A DNA stretch of 64,000 bases, from NCBI GenBank assembly GCA_963846575.1, contig CAWJWJ010000001.1, positions 1,088,001 to 1,152,000 on the forward strand, given 5' to 3'. The notes below the pieces were generated by a model. It had not been told where the DNA came from. It saw nothing but the letters and a program-made list of their open reading frames with translations, and made no database searches. Within the stretch, counting starts at the first letter, position 1. Every line of letters starts with the position of its first letter. A program made the position numbers and the translations under genes. Of this stretch, positions 19,573 to 30,843 are shown piece by piece. This stretch comes from an uncultured Nitrospiraceae bacterium (GTDB lineage: Bacteria > Nitrospirota > Nitrospiria > Nitrospirales > Nitrospiraceae).

Positions 19573-22500
19573 TCAGGACCCGCAGCCGGTGGCCGGGTGG
19601 GGTGCAGTCCGTCGAGGCGAAGAAGTAGTCAACTGCGCAGACCACGGTCCTGAAGGAGCCTGGCTGTGATCCATGGGTTCGAGGGACGAGTTGGTGACTG
19701 CCTGAGCCTGTGGAACCGGGTCGCTCTCTGTCATGACAGCCAGGGGACTCATCTGCCATCCGCCCGGTTCTGCCGGGAGTGCATCCCTGCTCGAGACCAC
19801 CAGGCTGCTCAAGCGACCGTCCCCCTGAGCGGCACAGCGCTGGGTAAGAAGCTGCTGCGCTTCCAGCGGGCGTTGCGGCAGGGTAGCCAGGGTGTTGCTC
19901 AGGCTCGACACAGGAGATTGAATGTTCACCGAACCGCTCAACCCGAATTGGGACGACGCACTCACGACGCTGGTCTGGTCGGTGAGAAAAGTCCCGGCGA
20001 TGATGTTGATGTTGCCGCCCGCTCCTTCCGTGGCTTGCGCCAAGACCTGACTGTTCTGCAGGGTGACCACGGCGGGATCAAGGAGGATGTTCCCGCCGGA
20101 GGTGTTGGGCCCTCCTTGCACGGAGGTGTTGATTTGGCTGTTCGCGAGTCGAATCGCATCGGTGGCTTGCACTGTAATATTCCCTCCGCTGCCATGGAGG
20201 GCCTGCGCCGTCACGGAAGCATTCTGGCTGATAAACTGAGAGCCGGCGTTGATTGAAAGGCTGCCGGCATCGGCCCCTCCGGTGTTACTGGCTGATATAG
20301 TCGAACCGGGACCTAAGGTGATGGATTCTTGTCCACTGAGGACGATATTCCCGCCATTCTGAGTTCCGCTGGAGACGGTGGAGATATCGCTGCCGTGCAT
20401 GATGAGGGTCCCGGCCGAGACGTCAATGTTGCCGCCCTGATCCAGCGTGTTCGCCGACTGCGGCCGGACGTTGTTCACGTTGGATGAGATGGTCGTGTTT
20501 TCCAGCCGGATCGGCCCGCTTGCTTTCAGCTCGATCTTGCCTCCCAGCGCATCCACCCTCGTGTCCGTCTCCACGTTGGTTCCGGCAAGATCAATGGAGG
20601 AGGCGGGCGGGAACGGCGTCCCCTCGGGCATGGCTACGCTTTCACCGGTGATACTGATCGTGCCCGCCCCGCCGCTTGCGGTACTGCTGCTGGAGATCAC
20701 CACTCGGGCCGGATCCGTGGAATTCAGTATCCGCGGCTCGCCGAGCGTTCCACCGGGCCCGGTTCCCGGGCGAGTCGTCAAGTGGTCGGCATGGATTTCG
20801 ATGCTACTCCCGATACGATTGCCGTGCGTCGGCGCAATGATTCCGCCTCCTGTGATGTCTAGATTCTTAGCCGACACAAGAAGACTTCCCTGGACACCTC
20901 TCCCATCCGTCAGAGCGCGGCTTCGCTCACCGGCTCCAACGACATCGATCACCTGTCCATTACTATCCTTGGCGTTGCTGACATTGTTGACTTGGGAATT
21001 CAGCACGGAATGGTCCAATACGAGATTGTCGGCTCGAATCCTGAGAATCCCCGGAAGCCCATCATGTTGAGACTCGACCGTCACCTCGGAATTGGTAAGC
21101 CGGATCGTGTTGGTCGGTTGATCGGGAAAATCCGGCTCCCAAACGGCGCCGAACGAAAAGAAGTGATCCTTGATGATCTTCGTGATGCCGGCTTGCGCTC
21201 GTCCGCTGCTCGTATTGGTGATCGAAGAATTGTCGGCCGTTACGGAATTCTGCGCGCGCAACCAGATCTCACCTGCGCTGGGGCCCCCCTGACACAAGGG
21301 GCACGATCCAATATCCGACACCTTCGCATCGGCCGCGATGGTGCTGTCTTTCAGGGCGATATCCTGAGCGATAATGTCGATACGGCTGAATCCCCCATTG
21401 CGCGCAAACTCACCGTTTGGTTTGTCTCCATGGATGTTGAAATCTTGCGTCGTCACGGAGATAGTCGTATCGGTAAACGCTGCGTGACCGTGCGTTCGCA
21501 TCATCACGATTGCGCCCGGCGCATTCCCGAACGCGTTTGCGTGTATATCCGTCCCGTGGAGATCAAGAGATTCTGCCAAATAGTATTCAAAGACGTCGCC
21601 GGCTCCGCCACGCGACCGGCCTACCCACACGTACCGGCGGAGAGCGGTCGGAGTCACCCCTGGTATGCCCTGAATGATGATGTCGCCGGGTTGGCCGCCC
21701 GGGCATCCTTGGCAATTGCTGGTACTCGTCACCATGACCCGCCCATCAGGGCCGGCGGCGGTTTCCAGCGTGCCAACATTGAGGGTAATCGAGCCGGCGT
21801 CTGCGCCGCCGGTCGTGTCCGCCTGAATGACCGTTCCATTGACAAGGGCGACCTTCTTTGCCGTGATCTCGATATCCGCCGATAGTCGCTTAGGAGTAAA
21901 GTCGGGACGATGTGCGCGTTCCACCAGCTCCCCGCCCGTTGAGTTCGGCGTGGGAAGCGTGGCATCGCTCGCATTCGCCACGATCTTTGTGTGACTCAGG
22001 GCAAGTGTCTCGGCAGCTTGCCCTCCCGGTCCTCTCAGAAAGATCGTTCCGGCTGCTCCCTGCCCCGTACTGTTGCTGGCAATGGTGACGGGCGCCGCGC
22101 CGCTGAGCGGTACGCCATCGCCGCCCATGTTACTGGCCAACGTCCTGGCTTCAATCGTGATGTTGCCTGCATTGCCGGCGCCGCTCGTGGAGGCACTGAG
22201 AGTCGATCCGTTGCTCAGACTGACATGTTCAGCCTGAACGGAAATATCGCCCTGCGCGGTCGCGGAGGGGACTGCCTCGGTTGTGTTGGACGAGGTGTTT
22301 GCCGCAAGCGCGGCGTTCTCCATAACCAGTTGCCCGCCTCTGATAAGGATCGGTCCGGCACGACCGGTGCTCGAACTGGTCTCAAGCGCAGCTCCCGCCG
22401 TGAGCTGAATCGTGCCGCCTTGCCCGGCGACGTTTGCAGGATCGAAAGAGGCTCCGGCGAGACCGGCCGGAGTTCCACCGAGACTCAGTTCTCCGGTGCC

Positions 22501-23238
22501 GACTACACTCACCACGTTGATGGGTCCACCTGCCGCGGTGATGCGGGAGGGTACAGAGGTACCATTTTCAAGCCTGCCGGCAGTGATCTCGATATTTCCG
22601 CCGACGAGCGACAGGCCTTGTCCTTCCGAGACCACGAGTTGACTGCCCTGCAGGGTGATCGCGGCCGGGTTCGATCCAAGAAATCCGAACGCCGCTACCG
22701 GCGCGCTGGAGATGGCGGCATCTTGTAGGCCTGAGACCGCATTGAAGCGCGCGCCGTCTGTGAGGCGCAGGTAATCCGCGGTCGTGAAGCTCACCGACCC
22801 TCCGACATTCAGGGTCGCGGTCGGCCCGAATACAATCCCGGCCGGATTCATCAGAAACAGATTGGCGTTGCCGAAGCCGGTAGTCTGGATCATCCCGAAG
22901 ATATTCGACGGATTCCCGCCGGTCACGCGCCCGAGAATGTTGGAGGTGGGGAGAGCCGCGTCGTTGAGGAAGTTCGCCACGTTGTTGGTGGGGACGCCGA
23001 ACTCGCCGAAGCTGTGGAAGAGATTCGGTCCGCTGCCCGGTCGCGTGCCGCCGGTAATATCGAACTGATTGCTCGATTTCGTGACGGTCGTATTAAGTCC
23101 CGATGAGGTAATGGGGAGACTCGCCTGGGCATACGCGACAGTCGGTAGGCCAGGCTGGATCAGCCAGCAGGCCAGCACGGCCGCCGCGAGCAGGAGGCGC
23201 TGCGGGTGCCCGCGATTGATCGAGTGTGGGGTGACCAT
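19573..23238 (-). CDS. TpsA exoprotein, copy 2
   Basis: Same TPS domain and C-terminal module. Start set at MVTPHS by analogy with the paralogs. Confidence 0.9.
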   Translation of the reverse strand: MVTPHSINRGHPQRLLLAAAVLACWLIQPGLPTVAYAQASLPITSSGLNTTVTKSSNQFDITGGTRPGSGPNLFHSFGEFGVPTNNVANFLNDAALPTSNILGRVTGGNPSNIFGMIQTTGFGNANLFLMNPAGIVFGPTATLNVGGSVSFTTADYLRLTDGARFNAVSGLQDAAISSAPVAAFGFLGSNPAAITLQGSQLVVSEGQGLSLVGGNIEITAGRLENGTSVPSRITAAGGPINVVSVVGTGELSLGGTPAGLAGASFDPANVAGQGGTIQLTAGAALETSSSTGRAGPILIRGGQLVMENAALAANTSSNTTEAVPSATAQGDISVQAEHVSLSNGSTLSASTSGAGNAGNITIEARTLASNMGGDGVPLSGAAPVTIASNSTGQGAAGTIFLRGPGGQAAETLALSHTKIVANASDATLPTPNSTGGELVERAHRPDFTPKRLSADIEITAKKVALVNGTVIQADTTGGADAGSITLNVGTLETAAGPDGRVMVTSTSNCQGCPGGQPGDIIIQGIPGVTPTALRRYVWVGRSRGGAGDVFEYYLAESLDLHGTDIHANAFGNAPGAIVMMRTHGHAAFTDTTISVTTQDFNIHGDKPNGEFARNGGFSRIDIIAQDIALKDSTIAADAKVSDIGSCPLCQGGPSAGEIWLRAQNSVTADNSSITNTSSGRAQAGITKIIKDHFFSFGAVWEPDFPDQPTNTIRLTNSEVTVESQHDGLPGILRIRADNLVLDHSVLNSQVNNVSNAKDSNGQVIDVVGAGERSRALTDGRGVQGSLLVSAKNLDITGGGIIAPTHGNRIGSSIEIHADHLTTRPGTGPGGTLGEPRILNSTDPARVVISSSSTASGGAGTISITGESVAMPEGTPFPPASSIDLAGTNVETDTRVDALGGKIELKASGPIRLENTTISSNVNNVRPQSANTLDQGGNIDVSAGTLIMHGSDISTVSSGTQNGGNIVLSGQESITLGPGSTISASNTGGADAGSLSINAGSQFISQNASVTAQALHGSGGNITVQATDAIRLANSQINTSVQGGPNTSGGNILLDPAVVTLQNSQVLAQATEGAGGNINIIAGTFLTDQTSVVSASSQFGLSGSVNIQSPVSSLSNTLATLPQRPLEAQQLLTQRCAAQGDGRLSSLVVSSRDALPAEPGGWQMSPLAVMTESDPVPQAQAVTNSSLEPMDHSQAPSGPWSAQLTTSSPRRTAPHPATGCGS

Positions 23239-23276
23239 AGAAGCCTTCCTCTCTACCGCCCACCAGTTCGCCGCCG

Positions 23277-26200
23277 CTAGGACCCGCAGCCGGCGGCCGG
23301 CTCGGAGGCCCCTCGTCGCGGAGCTGAACTGGGCGACTGCCACATGTGTCCTGCCAGCACGTGGGCAGGACGTAAAGGATCGAAAGCAGATCCGGCCATC
23401 GGTTCTTCCCTGGTAGAAGCAAATTCCTCAGCCGTCAGCGCAATGGAACTGAGCAGCCACCCGCCGGGCTCTGCGGGCAGAGCGTCCCGACCCACTATGG
23501 CGAGACTGCTCATGCGACCGTTGACCTGGGCGGCGCAACGTTGTTGCAGGAGCGGCTGCGCCTGCAGGGGACGTTGCGGCAGCGTGGTCAAGGTGTTGCT
23601 GAGGCTGGACACGGGAGATTGTATGTTGACGGTGCCAGTCAAACCGAACTGGGACGACGCACTCACGACGCTGGTCTGGTCGGCGAGAAACGTCCCCGCG
23701 ATGATGCTGATGTTGCCGCCTGTGCCTTGCACGGCTTGCGCGAGCACTTGACTGTTCTGAAGCGTTACCACTGCCGGATCGAGAGTAATGTTTCCGCCGG
23801 ATGAGTTGGCACCTCCCTGGACTGAGGTGCTGAGCCGGCCGTTGATGATGCGGATCGAGTCGGTGGCCTGAACTAAAATATTGCCGCCGCTCGCATGGTT
23901 TGCTTCCGTGGTGATGGATCCATTTTGACTGAGGAAGTGGGGGCCGGCATGGAGAGAAATATTGCCGGCGTTACCGAGACCAGTGCTGCTGGCTGAGATG
24001 GCCGCGTCGTTTCCGAGGGAGATGGACCCCTTTGCCGAGATCAGAATATTCCCGCCGTTCTGGGTCCCGCGAGACAGAGCTGAGACCCGTCCTCCCTCCA
24101 TCAGGAAAGTTCCGACGCTGACATCGATATTGCCGCCCTGCTCCCGCAGGGTCATCGACTGCGGCCGCACATCGGTCACATTAGCGGAAATAGTCGAATC
24201 GTGCAGTTCGACGGGGCCTTTCACCTTCAGGAGGATCTTTCCCCCGAGCGCATCGATATTGGTGTCGGTGAGCAGATCGGTATCGGTCAGGTGGATGGAC
24301 GTCCCGGGGGGCAAGGGAGTATCCCCGCGTGCCGGAGGTCTTCGGCCGCTGATCGAGATCATTCCTGCGCCGCCAGTGCCGGTGCTGCTGCTGGAAATCA
24401 CGACGCGAGTGGGGTCGTCTGCGTTCAGAATCCGTGGCGCGACCAAGGTCCCTCCCGGTCCGGTTCCCGCGCGAGTGACTATATTATCCGTTTGCAACTG
24501 AATACTGCTACCGATGCGGCTGCCACGGGTAGGGGAAATGATCCCGCCGCCGGTGATGTCCAGGAGTTTTGCCGAAATGAGGGTGCTGCCCTGAACGCTT
24601 CTGCCATCCGTGTTCACGGGACCTCGTTCACCGGCGCCGACGACGTCGATCAACTGCCCTGCGGAGTCCCTGACGTTGGATACGTCATTGGCCCGCGAGT
24701 TCAAGATGGTGTGATCGAGGATAATGTTGTCGGCCCGCACTCTCAGATAACCGGGAAGACCGGAGTGCTGAGCTTCCACCGTGAGTTCTGAATTAGTCAG
24801 ACGAACCGTGCCCGTCGGTTCATCCGGGTAGAGCGTATCCCAGATCGCTCCCTCAGTAAAATAGTGATCTTTGATGATCTTCGTGATGCCGGCTTGTGCC
24901 CTCCCCCGGCTGGTATTGGTGATGAACGAATTGGTGGCGGTCACTGAATTGTCAGCCCGTAGCCAGATCTCCCCGGCGGTCGGCCCTCCCTGGCACACCG
25001 GACAGGTTCCGATATCCGACACCAGGGCATCAGCTTTAATGGTGCTATCTGTGACGACGATATCCGAAGACATGATATCGATATTACTTAACCCCTGATA
25101 TCGTGCGAGTTCCCCATTGGGCTTCAACCCGTCAAGATAGAAGTCTTGCGTGGCCACTGAAATACTTGTATCGGTCAGCGCGACCTGCTCTTGGCCCTTC
25201 ATGATGACCTTCCCGCCCGGGGCATTGCTGCTGGCCTCCGAATGGATATCAGTGCCCTGTAGATCGATGCGGCGCGCGAAATACATCGTCAACGGATCTG
25301 TGCGTCCATTCTGTGGCGTGAAGATAAATGAGTAGTTCCGGGTCACGCTGTGAGCGGCGTCCTGAATGCCCTGAATTGTGATGTCGCCGGCTTGCCCGCC
25401 AAAGCATTGGGTCCCGCAGTTACTATCGCTTGAGAACAGGACCCGCCCGTCGGGCCCTTCTTGTGTTGTGAGCGTATTCACATTCAGCGTGATCGCGCCG
25501 GCATCTGCGCCGCCGGTGGTATCCGAACGGAGGACAGTACCGTTTGCCAATTCGACCAGTTGCGCGGTCAGTTCAATGTTGCCCGGCGCCACTATTGGAT
25601 GTGCGGCATTGGTGACACCTGTCACGAGATGGGTGTTGCTCAGCAAGATGGTGTCTGCGGGTTCCCCCGCTGATCCAGAAATGGAAATGGACCCCGCTCC
25701 GCCTTGGCCCGAACTGGTGCTCGAAATAGTCACCGGGGCCGCGCCGCCAATCGGAACGGCATCGGGCGCTACATTGCTGCGGAAGGTCCCCACCTCAAAG
25801 CTGATATTCCCGGCCGTCCCGTCCTTGGCCGAAGTGAGGACATTCGCACCCTGTGACAGGACCACGTGCTCCGCTTGCACAGAGATAGCCGCCGCCGTTG
25901 AAGCCGCGGGTGGAGCGTAGGGTCCGGAGGCCGTGGTCTTCGCCTCCAGAGTGGCACCTTCCATGCTGAATTGGCCGCTGCGGATCACAATACTGCCCGC
26001 CGTGTGCGCGGTCGTCGTCACAGCCGTTCCTTGAGTCAGCGCAATGGATCCCAGGGAGGGGAAGCCGCTCGTCGTCGGTCCGGTGGCCGACGTCCCGGCG
26101 GTCAACACTTCCCCGGCTGACGCAGCCGCAATCAGGGTGATCGGGCCGCCCGGAGCTGCAAGCCGGGCCGGTTGAACGGTGGCGTTGTCGAGCGTCCCGC

Positions 26201-26859
26201 CTTGAAGGGTAATATTCCCCCCGACCAAAGAAATGCCTTGCCCTTCGGCGACCGCGAGCTGACTGCCCTGCAGGGTGATCGCGGCCGGGTTCGAACCCAA
26301 AAATCCGAAGGCCGCGACGGGCGCGCTGGAGATGGCGGCGTCGGCCGTGCCAGGAATGGCGTTGAACTTCGCGCCATCCGTCAAGCCGCAGATAATCGGC
26401 CGTGGTGAAGCTCACCGATCCGCCGACATTCAGTGTCGCGGTCGGCCCGAATACAATCCCGGCCGGATTCATTAAGAACAGATTGGCGTTGCCGAAACCG
26501 GTAGTCTGGATCGTGCCGAAGATATTGGACGGATTCCCGCCGGTGACGCGCCCGAGAATGTTGGAGGTGGGGAGAGCCGTGTCGTTGAGGAAGTTCGCAA
26601 CGTGGTTGGTGGGGACGCCGAACTCGCCGAAGCTGTGAAAGAGATTCGGTCCGCTGCCCGGCCTCGTGCCGCCGGTAATATCGAACTGGTTGCCTGCTTT
26701 CGTGACGGTCGTATTGAGTCCCGACGAGGTGATGGGGAGACTCGCCTGGCCGTGAACAATCTCAGGTACGAAAGAGGGGGTGAGCCAGCAGGCCAGCAGC
26801 GCCGCCGCGAGCGGGGGGCGCTGCGGGTGCCCGCGATTGATCGAGTGTGTGAAGACCAT
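23277..26859 (-). pseudogene. TpsA exoprotein, copy 3, split by a +1 frameshift near 26385 (real or sequence error)
   Basis: ORF 25795-26859 holds the signal peptide and TPS start, and ORF 23277-26384 continues it. Copy 1 reads CGG TTG ACG here; this copy reads CGG C TTG ACG. Confidence 0.8.
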
Positions 26860-26897
26860 GGAGGCCCTTCCTCTATCGCACGTCTAGCTCGCTGCTG

Positions 26898-29821
26898 TCA
26901 GGATCCGCAGCCGGTGGCCGGGTCGGACAGACCTCGCGCATGTGAAAGACCCAGCTGAGGAGTCAGGTGTCCTGTCCACGTCTGACCCGGTTCTGTATGC
27001 CGGAGAGACGAGCCGATGCTCGGGTGAAGCTCGCCGGCCGGGTTTTCGCCAGCTATAAGCGCCAGGGGGCTCATCTGCCACCCGCCGGGTTCGGTCGGGA
27101 GCATGTCGCGCCCGGCCACCACCAGGCTGCTGAGTTGGCCGTTCGCCTGCGCCGCACAACGTTGGGTGAGAAGTTGCTGGACCGACAACGGGCGTTGCGA
27201 CAGCGCCGCCAAGGTGCCGCTCAGGTTGGAAATCGGCGATTGAATGTTGACGGCGCCGCTCAGGCCATACTGCGATGAGGCACTGACGACACTGGTCTGG
27301 TCGGCGAGAAATGTCCCCGCCACGATGTTGATGTTGCCGCCCTGGCCCTGCACGGCCTGAGCGAGCACTTGACTGTTCTGAAGCGTGACGACGGCAGGGT
27401 CGATGAGGATGTTGCCGCCCGCTGTGTTAGGGCCACCCTGAACCGACGTGCTGAGTTCGCTGTTGACCAGTCTGATGGAATCCGTTGCTTGAATGGTAAT
27501 GTTGCCGCCGCTGGCATGGGTGGCCTGGGTCGTGATAGAGCCATTGTTGCTGAGAAACTGAGCGCCTGCATTGATGGAAATGTTGCCGGCGTTGGCCGGG
27601 CCGGTGCTGTTAGCGACCATGGACCCTCCGGCACTCAGGCTGACCGCCTGATTCGCCAGGACCGAGATTTGCCCGCCCGTGGCAGTGGGTTCAGGTCCCG
27701 ACGTTGAGGCGGAAAGAGTGCCGCCATTCTGAATGGTGACGGTTTGCGCTGAAAGATTCAGACTGCCGCCTGCTCCGGCTCCTTGCGTATCGGTGAAGAT
27801 CCCGCTGCCGCCTCCATCGATGACAATCGATTGCGAAGGCCCAGTAGGGCTTTGGACCGTGATCGTGCCGCCCGCACCGGTTGGGATTTCTCTCGGCCGG
27901 TTCGGAGACGCAAATGGATTCGGGGTACTTCCGCTTCGTAGCTGGCCACCCGTAGTGAGTTGCAGGTTATCCGTGAAGAGAGTGAGCCTTCCTCCCTGGC
28001 CGGACCGGTGAGTCTCGCTGGTGAGGAAGCTGCCCTCCGTAATGAAAACTTGAGGAGCGGTGACGGTGAGATCCGCTGCCCTGGACGATCGCCAGGCGGT
28101 AGTCGAAATGAGCGAATTGCCTTCGACAGTTAAACGTTCGGAAAGTGTGATCGTGATGCTGTCTGGTATCTGCGCAGTCAGGTTGCTGCCCTCGATCAGG
28201 GAGCCTTCCCGAAGGATCAGGTTTTTTGCAGTGATCTCTATCTTTCCGAACGATCCAGTCGTGGTCTCCGCCACGTTGAAGACAGTTCCGCCTTGGCCCA
28301 GCAGAATGTCGCCGTTTGGCGCGTTCAAGCTGATGTTTCCAGTGTTGCCGGTACCAGAACTTCTATTTGGAGTACTTGATTCAGCCAAGCGGTTGGCTTG
28401 TGAGGTTATAATGGGGGCGCTCAGCAGCATATCGCCCTGGGTACTGCGTCAGTTCGATATGGCCCGGCATTTCCCGCCGCACCCTCGGAGCTGGTCGCGA
28501 TTCGTCCGAAATTTTCTGTTTCGAGGTTTTTGACCGTTGTCACCTTGATATTGCCGCCGTCGCCCGTACTGATGGTCCCGGTTTCGAGGTGGGAGTGGTC
28601 TTTCATGAGCATGGAATCGACTTCCAACGTGATATTCCCGCTCTTGCCCCCTTCGCTCAGGGGCGCCACGTTGGACCTGATGCCGGTAAACGGTAATGTC
28701 TCAAAGTCAAGAATTCCTGCCAGCTCGATGTGATCGGCTCGTATACGCACGCCGCCCGATCTGACTCCTGGCGATGCCTGTTCGGTCACATTGGTTTCGA
28801 GGACGGCGAGGTTCCGAATCACCACATCCTGGGCCATCTGAATGTCGATGCCTGTCCCGGTTTGAGCCGACTGGCCGGGAGCCGGACCGGTCACGTTGGC
28901 CGAGATCGTCGAGTCATCCACGACAAAACTGCCGCCTCGAATACGAATCGTCCCGCCGTCATACCCGCTGCTGTCGATAACCGATTGTTGCGAAACTTGA
29001 ATTGTGCCGAGCGCTCCGAAGGTCTGTCCGTTTGCATTGGGAGCCTGCTCCAGGGTGCCCGCGAGAATTTCTCCCTGCGAGGCAACACTCGCCAGAGAAA
29101 TCGCGCCGGCGGGCGCCGTGAGCCGGGCTGGCTGCGCCGAGCCATCGGCAAGGGTGCCGGATTCGATGGTGATGTTCCCACCGACCAACGAGATATTTTC
29201 ACCAGGGAGGACCGTGAGTTCTCCTCCCTGGACGGTAATCGCACCGGGGTTCGAGCCCAGGAATCCGAATGCGGCGACGGGCGCACTGGAGATGGAAGCG
29301 TCTTGCGTGCCCGGAAGGGCGTTGAATCGTGCGCCATCTGCAAGCCGAAGATAGTCAGCGGTCGTGAAGCTCACCGATCCACCGACATTCAGTGTCGCGG
29401 TCGGCCCGAACACGATCCCGGCCGGATTCATTAAGAACAGATTGGCGTTGCCGAAACCGGTAGTCTGGATCGTGCCGAAGATATTGGACGGATTCCCGCC
29501 GGTGACACGCCCGAGAATGTTGGAGGTGGGGAGCGCTGTTTCGTTGAGAAAGTTCGCAACGTTGTTCGTGGGGACGCCGAACTCGCCGAAGCTGTGAAAG
29601 AGATTCTGCCCGCTGGCCGGCCTCGTACCGCCGGTGATGTTGTAGGTGTTTCCGGCCTGGATCACAGTGGTGCCCAGGTTGCCGGTACCAGGGGTCGAGG
29701 TGATGGCGGGAGTCACTTGCGCCAGGCTGGCGGACCACTGCGAGGCAACTAGGACGAAGGTGAAACCTAACATCACCCCTGATGGGGGAAAGAGGGACGT
29801 TCGAAACAGCGTACGTATCAT
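26898..29821 (-). pseudogene. TpsA exoprotein, copy 4, frameshifted near 28446-28465 (real or sequence error)
   Basis: ORF 28421-29947 has the TPS domain and ORF 26898-28430 has the conserved C-terminus. The net shift is +2. The start position is uncertain (29821 chosen). Confidence 0.78.
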
Positions 29822-29947
29822 GGAGACGCTCGTTTCTGCTCGTGCCTCGGTGCGACCTGTGCCGAGCCTGAGCGAGCCGATAGACTCTAAACCAGCCCCT
29901 GGAGCCTTCTTCCGCCTATGTACGAGGCGGGAGAAGGCTACATCCAA

Positions 29948-30352
29948 CTAAATGCTCTTGTCCAGGGGCCCAGGACACCAGGTCTTGAGCTTAAATTCTG
30001 CACTGGGCAAGAGCCGTGAGGTGAGGCTGCCGCTTCTTCGGTGTCCTTCTCTCACGCGCGCCACGATTTCGTAGGAGAGGTCGGTCGCCGGGAATGTGAT
30101 GGCGAGCGGTTCAAAACCCGAGTTGAAATCTGACGCGGAGACGATCGCTTTCACATGGGCTTCAAACAGACTGTCTCCCACGCCACGACAGGATGGGCAA
30201 TGGTCCACCGTCCCACGGCAGACGCAAACTCCACCACAGGGTTTGGAACAGGGGCAGCAGGTCGCGGCGCGTGCCGTTTCCGGGGCAAAGGTGGCATGGC
30301 TCCCGAGAAGCAAGATGAACATGAGGCCGGGGACCAGGATACGGGTGACCAT
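29948..30352 (-). CDS. Exported Cys-rich hypothetical protein
   Basis: AAGGAGGT RBS, signal peptide, CCPCSKPCGGVCVC...HCPSC. Confidence 0.65.
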   Translation of the reverse strand: MVTRILVPGLMFILLLGSHATFAPETARAATCCPCSKPCGGVCVCRGTVDHCPSCRGVGDSLFEAHVKAIVSASDFNSGFEPLAITFPATDLSYEIVARVREGHRRSGSLTSRLLPSAEFKLKTWCPGPLDKSI

Positions 30353-30399
30353 CGCGAGACCTCCTTGGTATATAGTCATTTCAATGGGTTGGGCCATAA

Positions 30400-30843
30400 T
30401 TAGGGCTTTGGTTTTGGTTGTCTATCTTCATGCGTATCGTTGGGGTCGATTTTCTCTCCTAAGGTGAACTCGCCATCCGGGCACCTTGTGAAGATGTAAG
30501 TATCGCCCTTTGTCGCCGTTCCCGATTTTAAGTGGATGGGAAATTTCTTGTCCCTCTGGGACTCTTCGTATTCCTCCTCCTCCTTGTCCTTCATGTCGTG
30601 CTTGGTCACCGACCACACACTTTTGGGGTATGTGACTTCTAACTGCTTTGGATCGACCACTTTTTTGACCGTAAATTTGTAATGACACTTCACGGCTTCG
30701 GCGCCGCACATCTTATCTGCACGTGCGGCCGCGCAGGCAATTTCCTGTGGCGTTGGACTCTCCTGCGACGCGGCATGGCCCCACGGACAGGCCACTATAA
30801 ACATCGAAATAGCTGCGATTACCACGATTCCCCGCTTGGCCAT
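30400..30843 (-). CDS. Exported hypothetical protein (Lys/Glu-rich, several Cys)
   Basis: GAGGT RBS, signal peptide MAKRGIVVIAAISMFIVACPWGHA, acidic run EEEEYEE. Confidence 0.65.
   Translation of the reverse strand: MAKRGIVVIAAISMFIVACPWGHAASQESPTPQEIACAAARADKMCGAEAVKCHYKFTVKKVVDPKQLEVTYPKSVWSVTKHDMKDKEEEEYEESQRDKKFPIHLKSGTATKGDTYIFTRCPDGEFTLGEKIDPNDTHEDRQPKPKP

Larger units (their letters stand above)
16598..29640 (-). repeat. Four-fold dispersed direct repeats at the TpsA 5' ends, 3' ends and intergenic junctions
   Basis: Highly similar TPS-domain DNA at about 18960-19400, 22650-23130, 26260-26750 and 29240-29640. Similar 3' modules at about 16770-17300, 19750-20270, 23450-23990 and 27070-27600. 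Similar junctions at about 19532-19600, 23236-23300 and 26857-26923. Confidence 0.85.

Noticed and set aside
23239..23343. Upstream extension of the TpsA copy 2 ORF
   Set aside because: It overlaps the end of copy 3, and the paralog junctions place the start at 23238.
16598..29821. CDI/CdiA toxin-immunity interpretation of the TpsA array
   Set aside because: There is no VENN-type motif, the C-termini are conserved rather than polymorphic, and no immunity genes lie between the copies.
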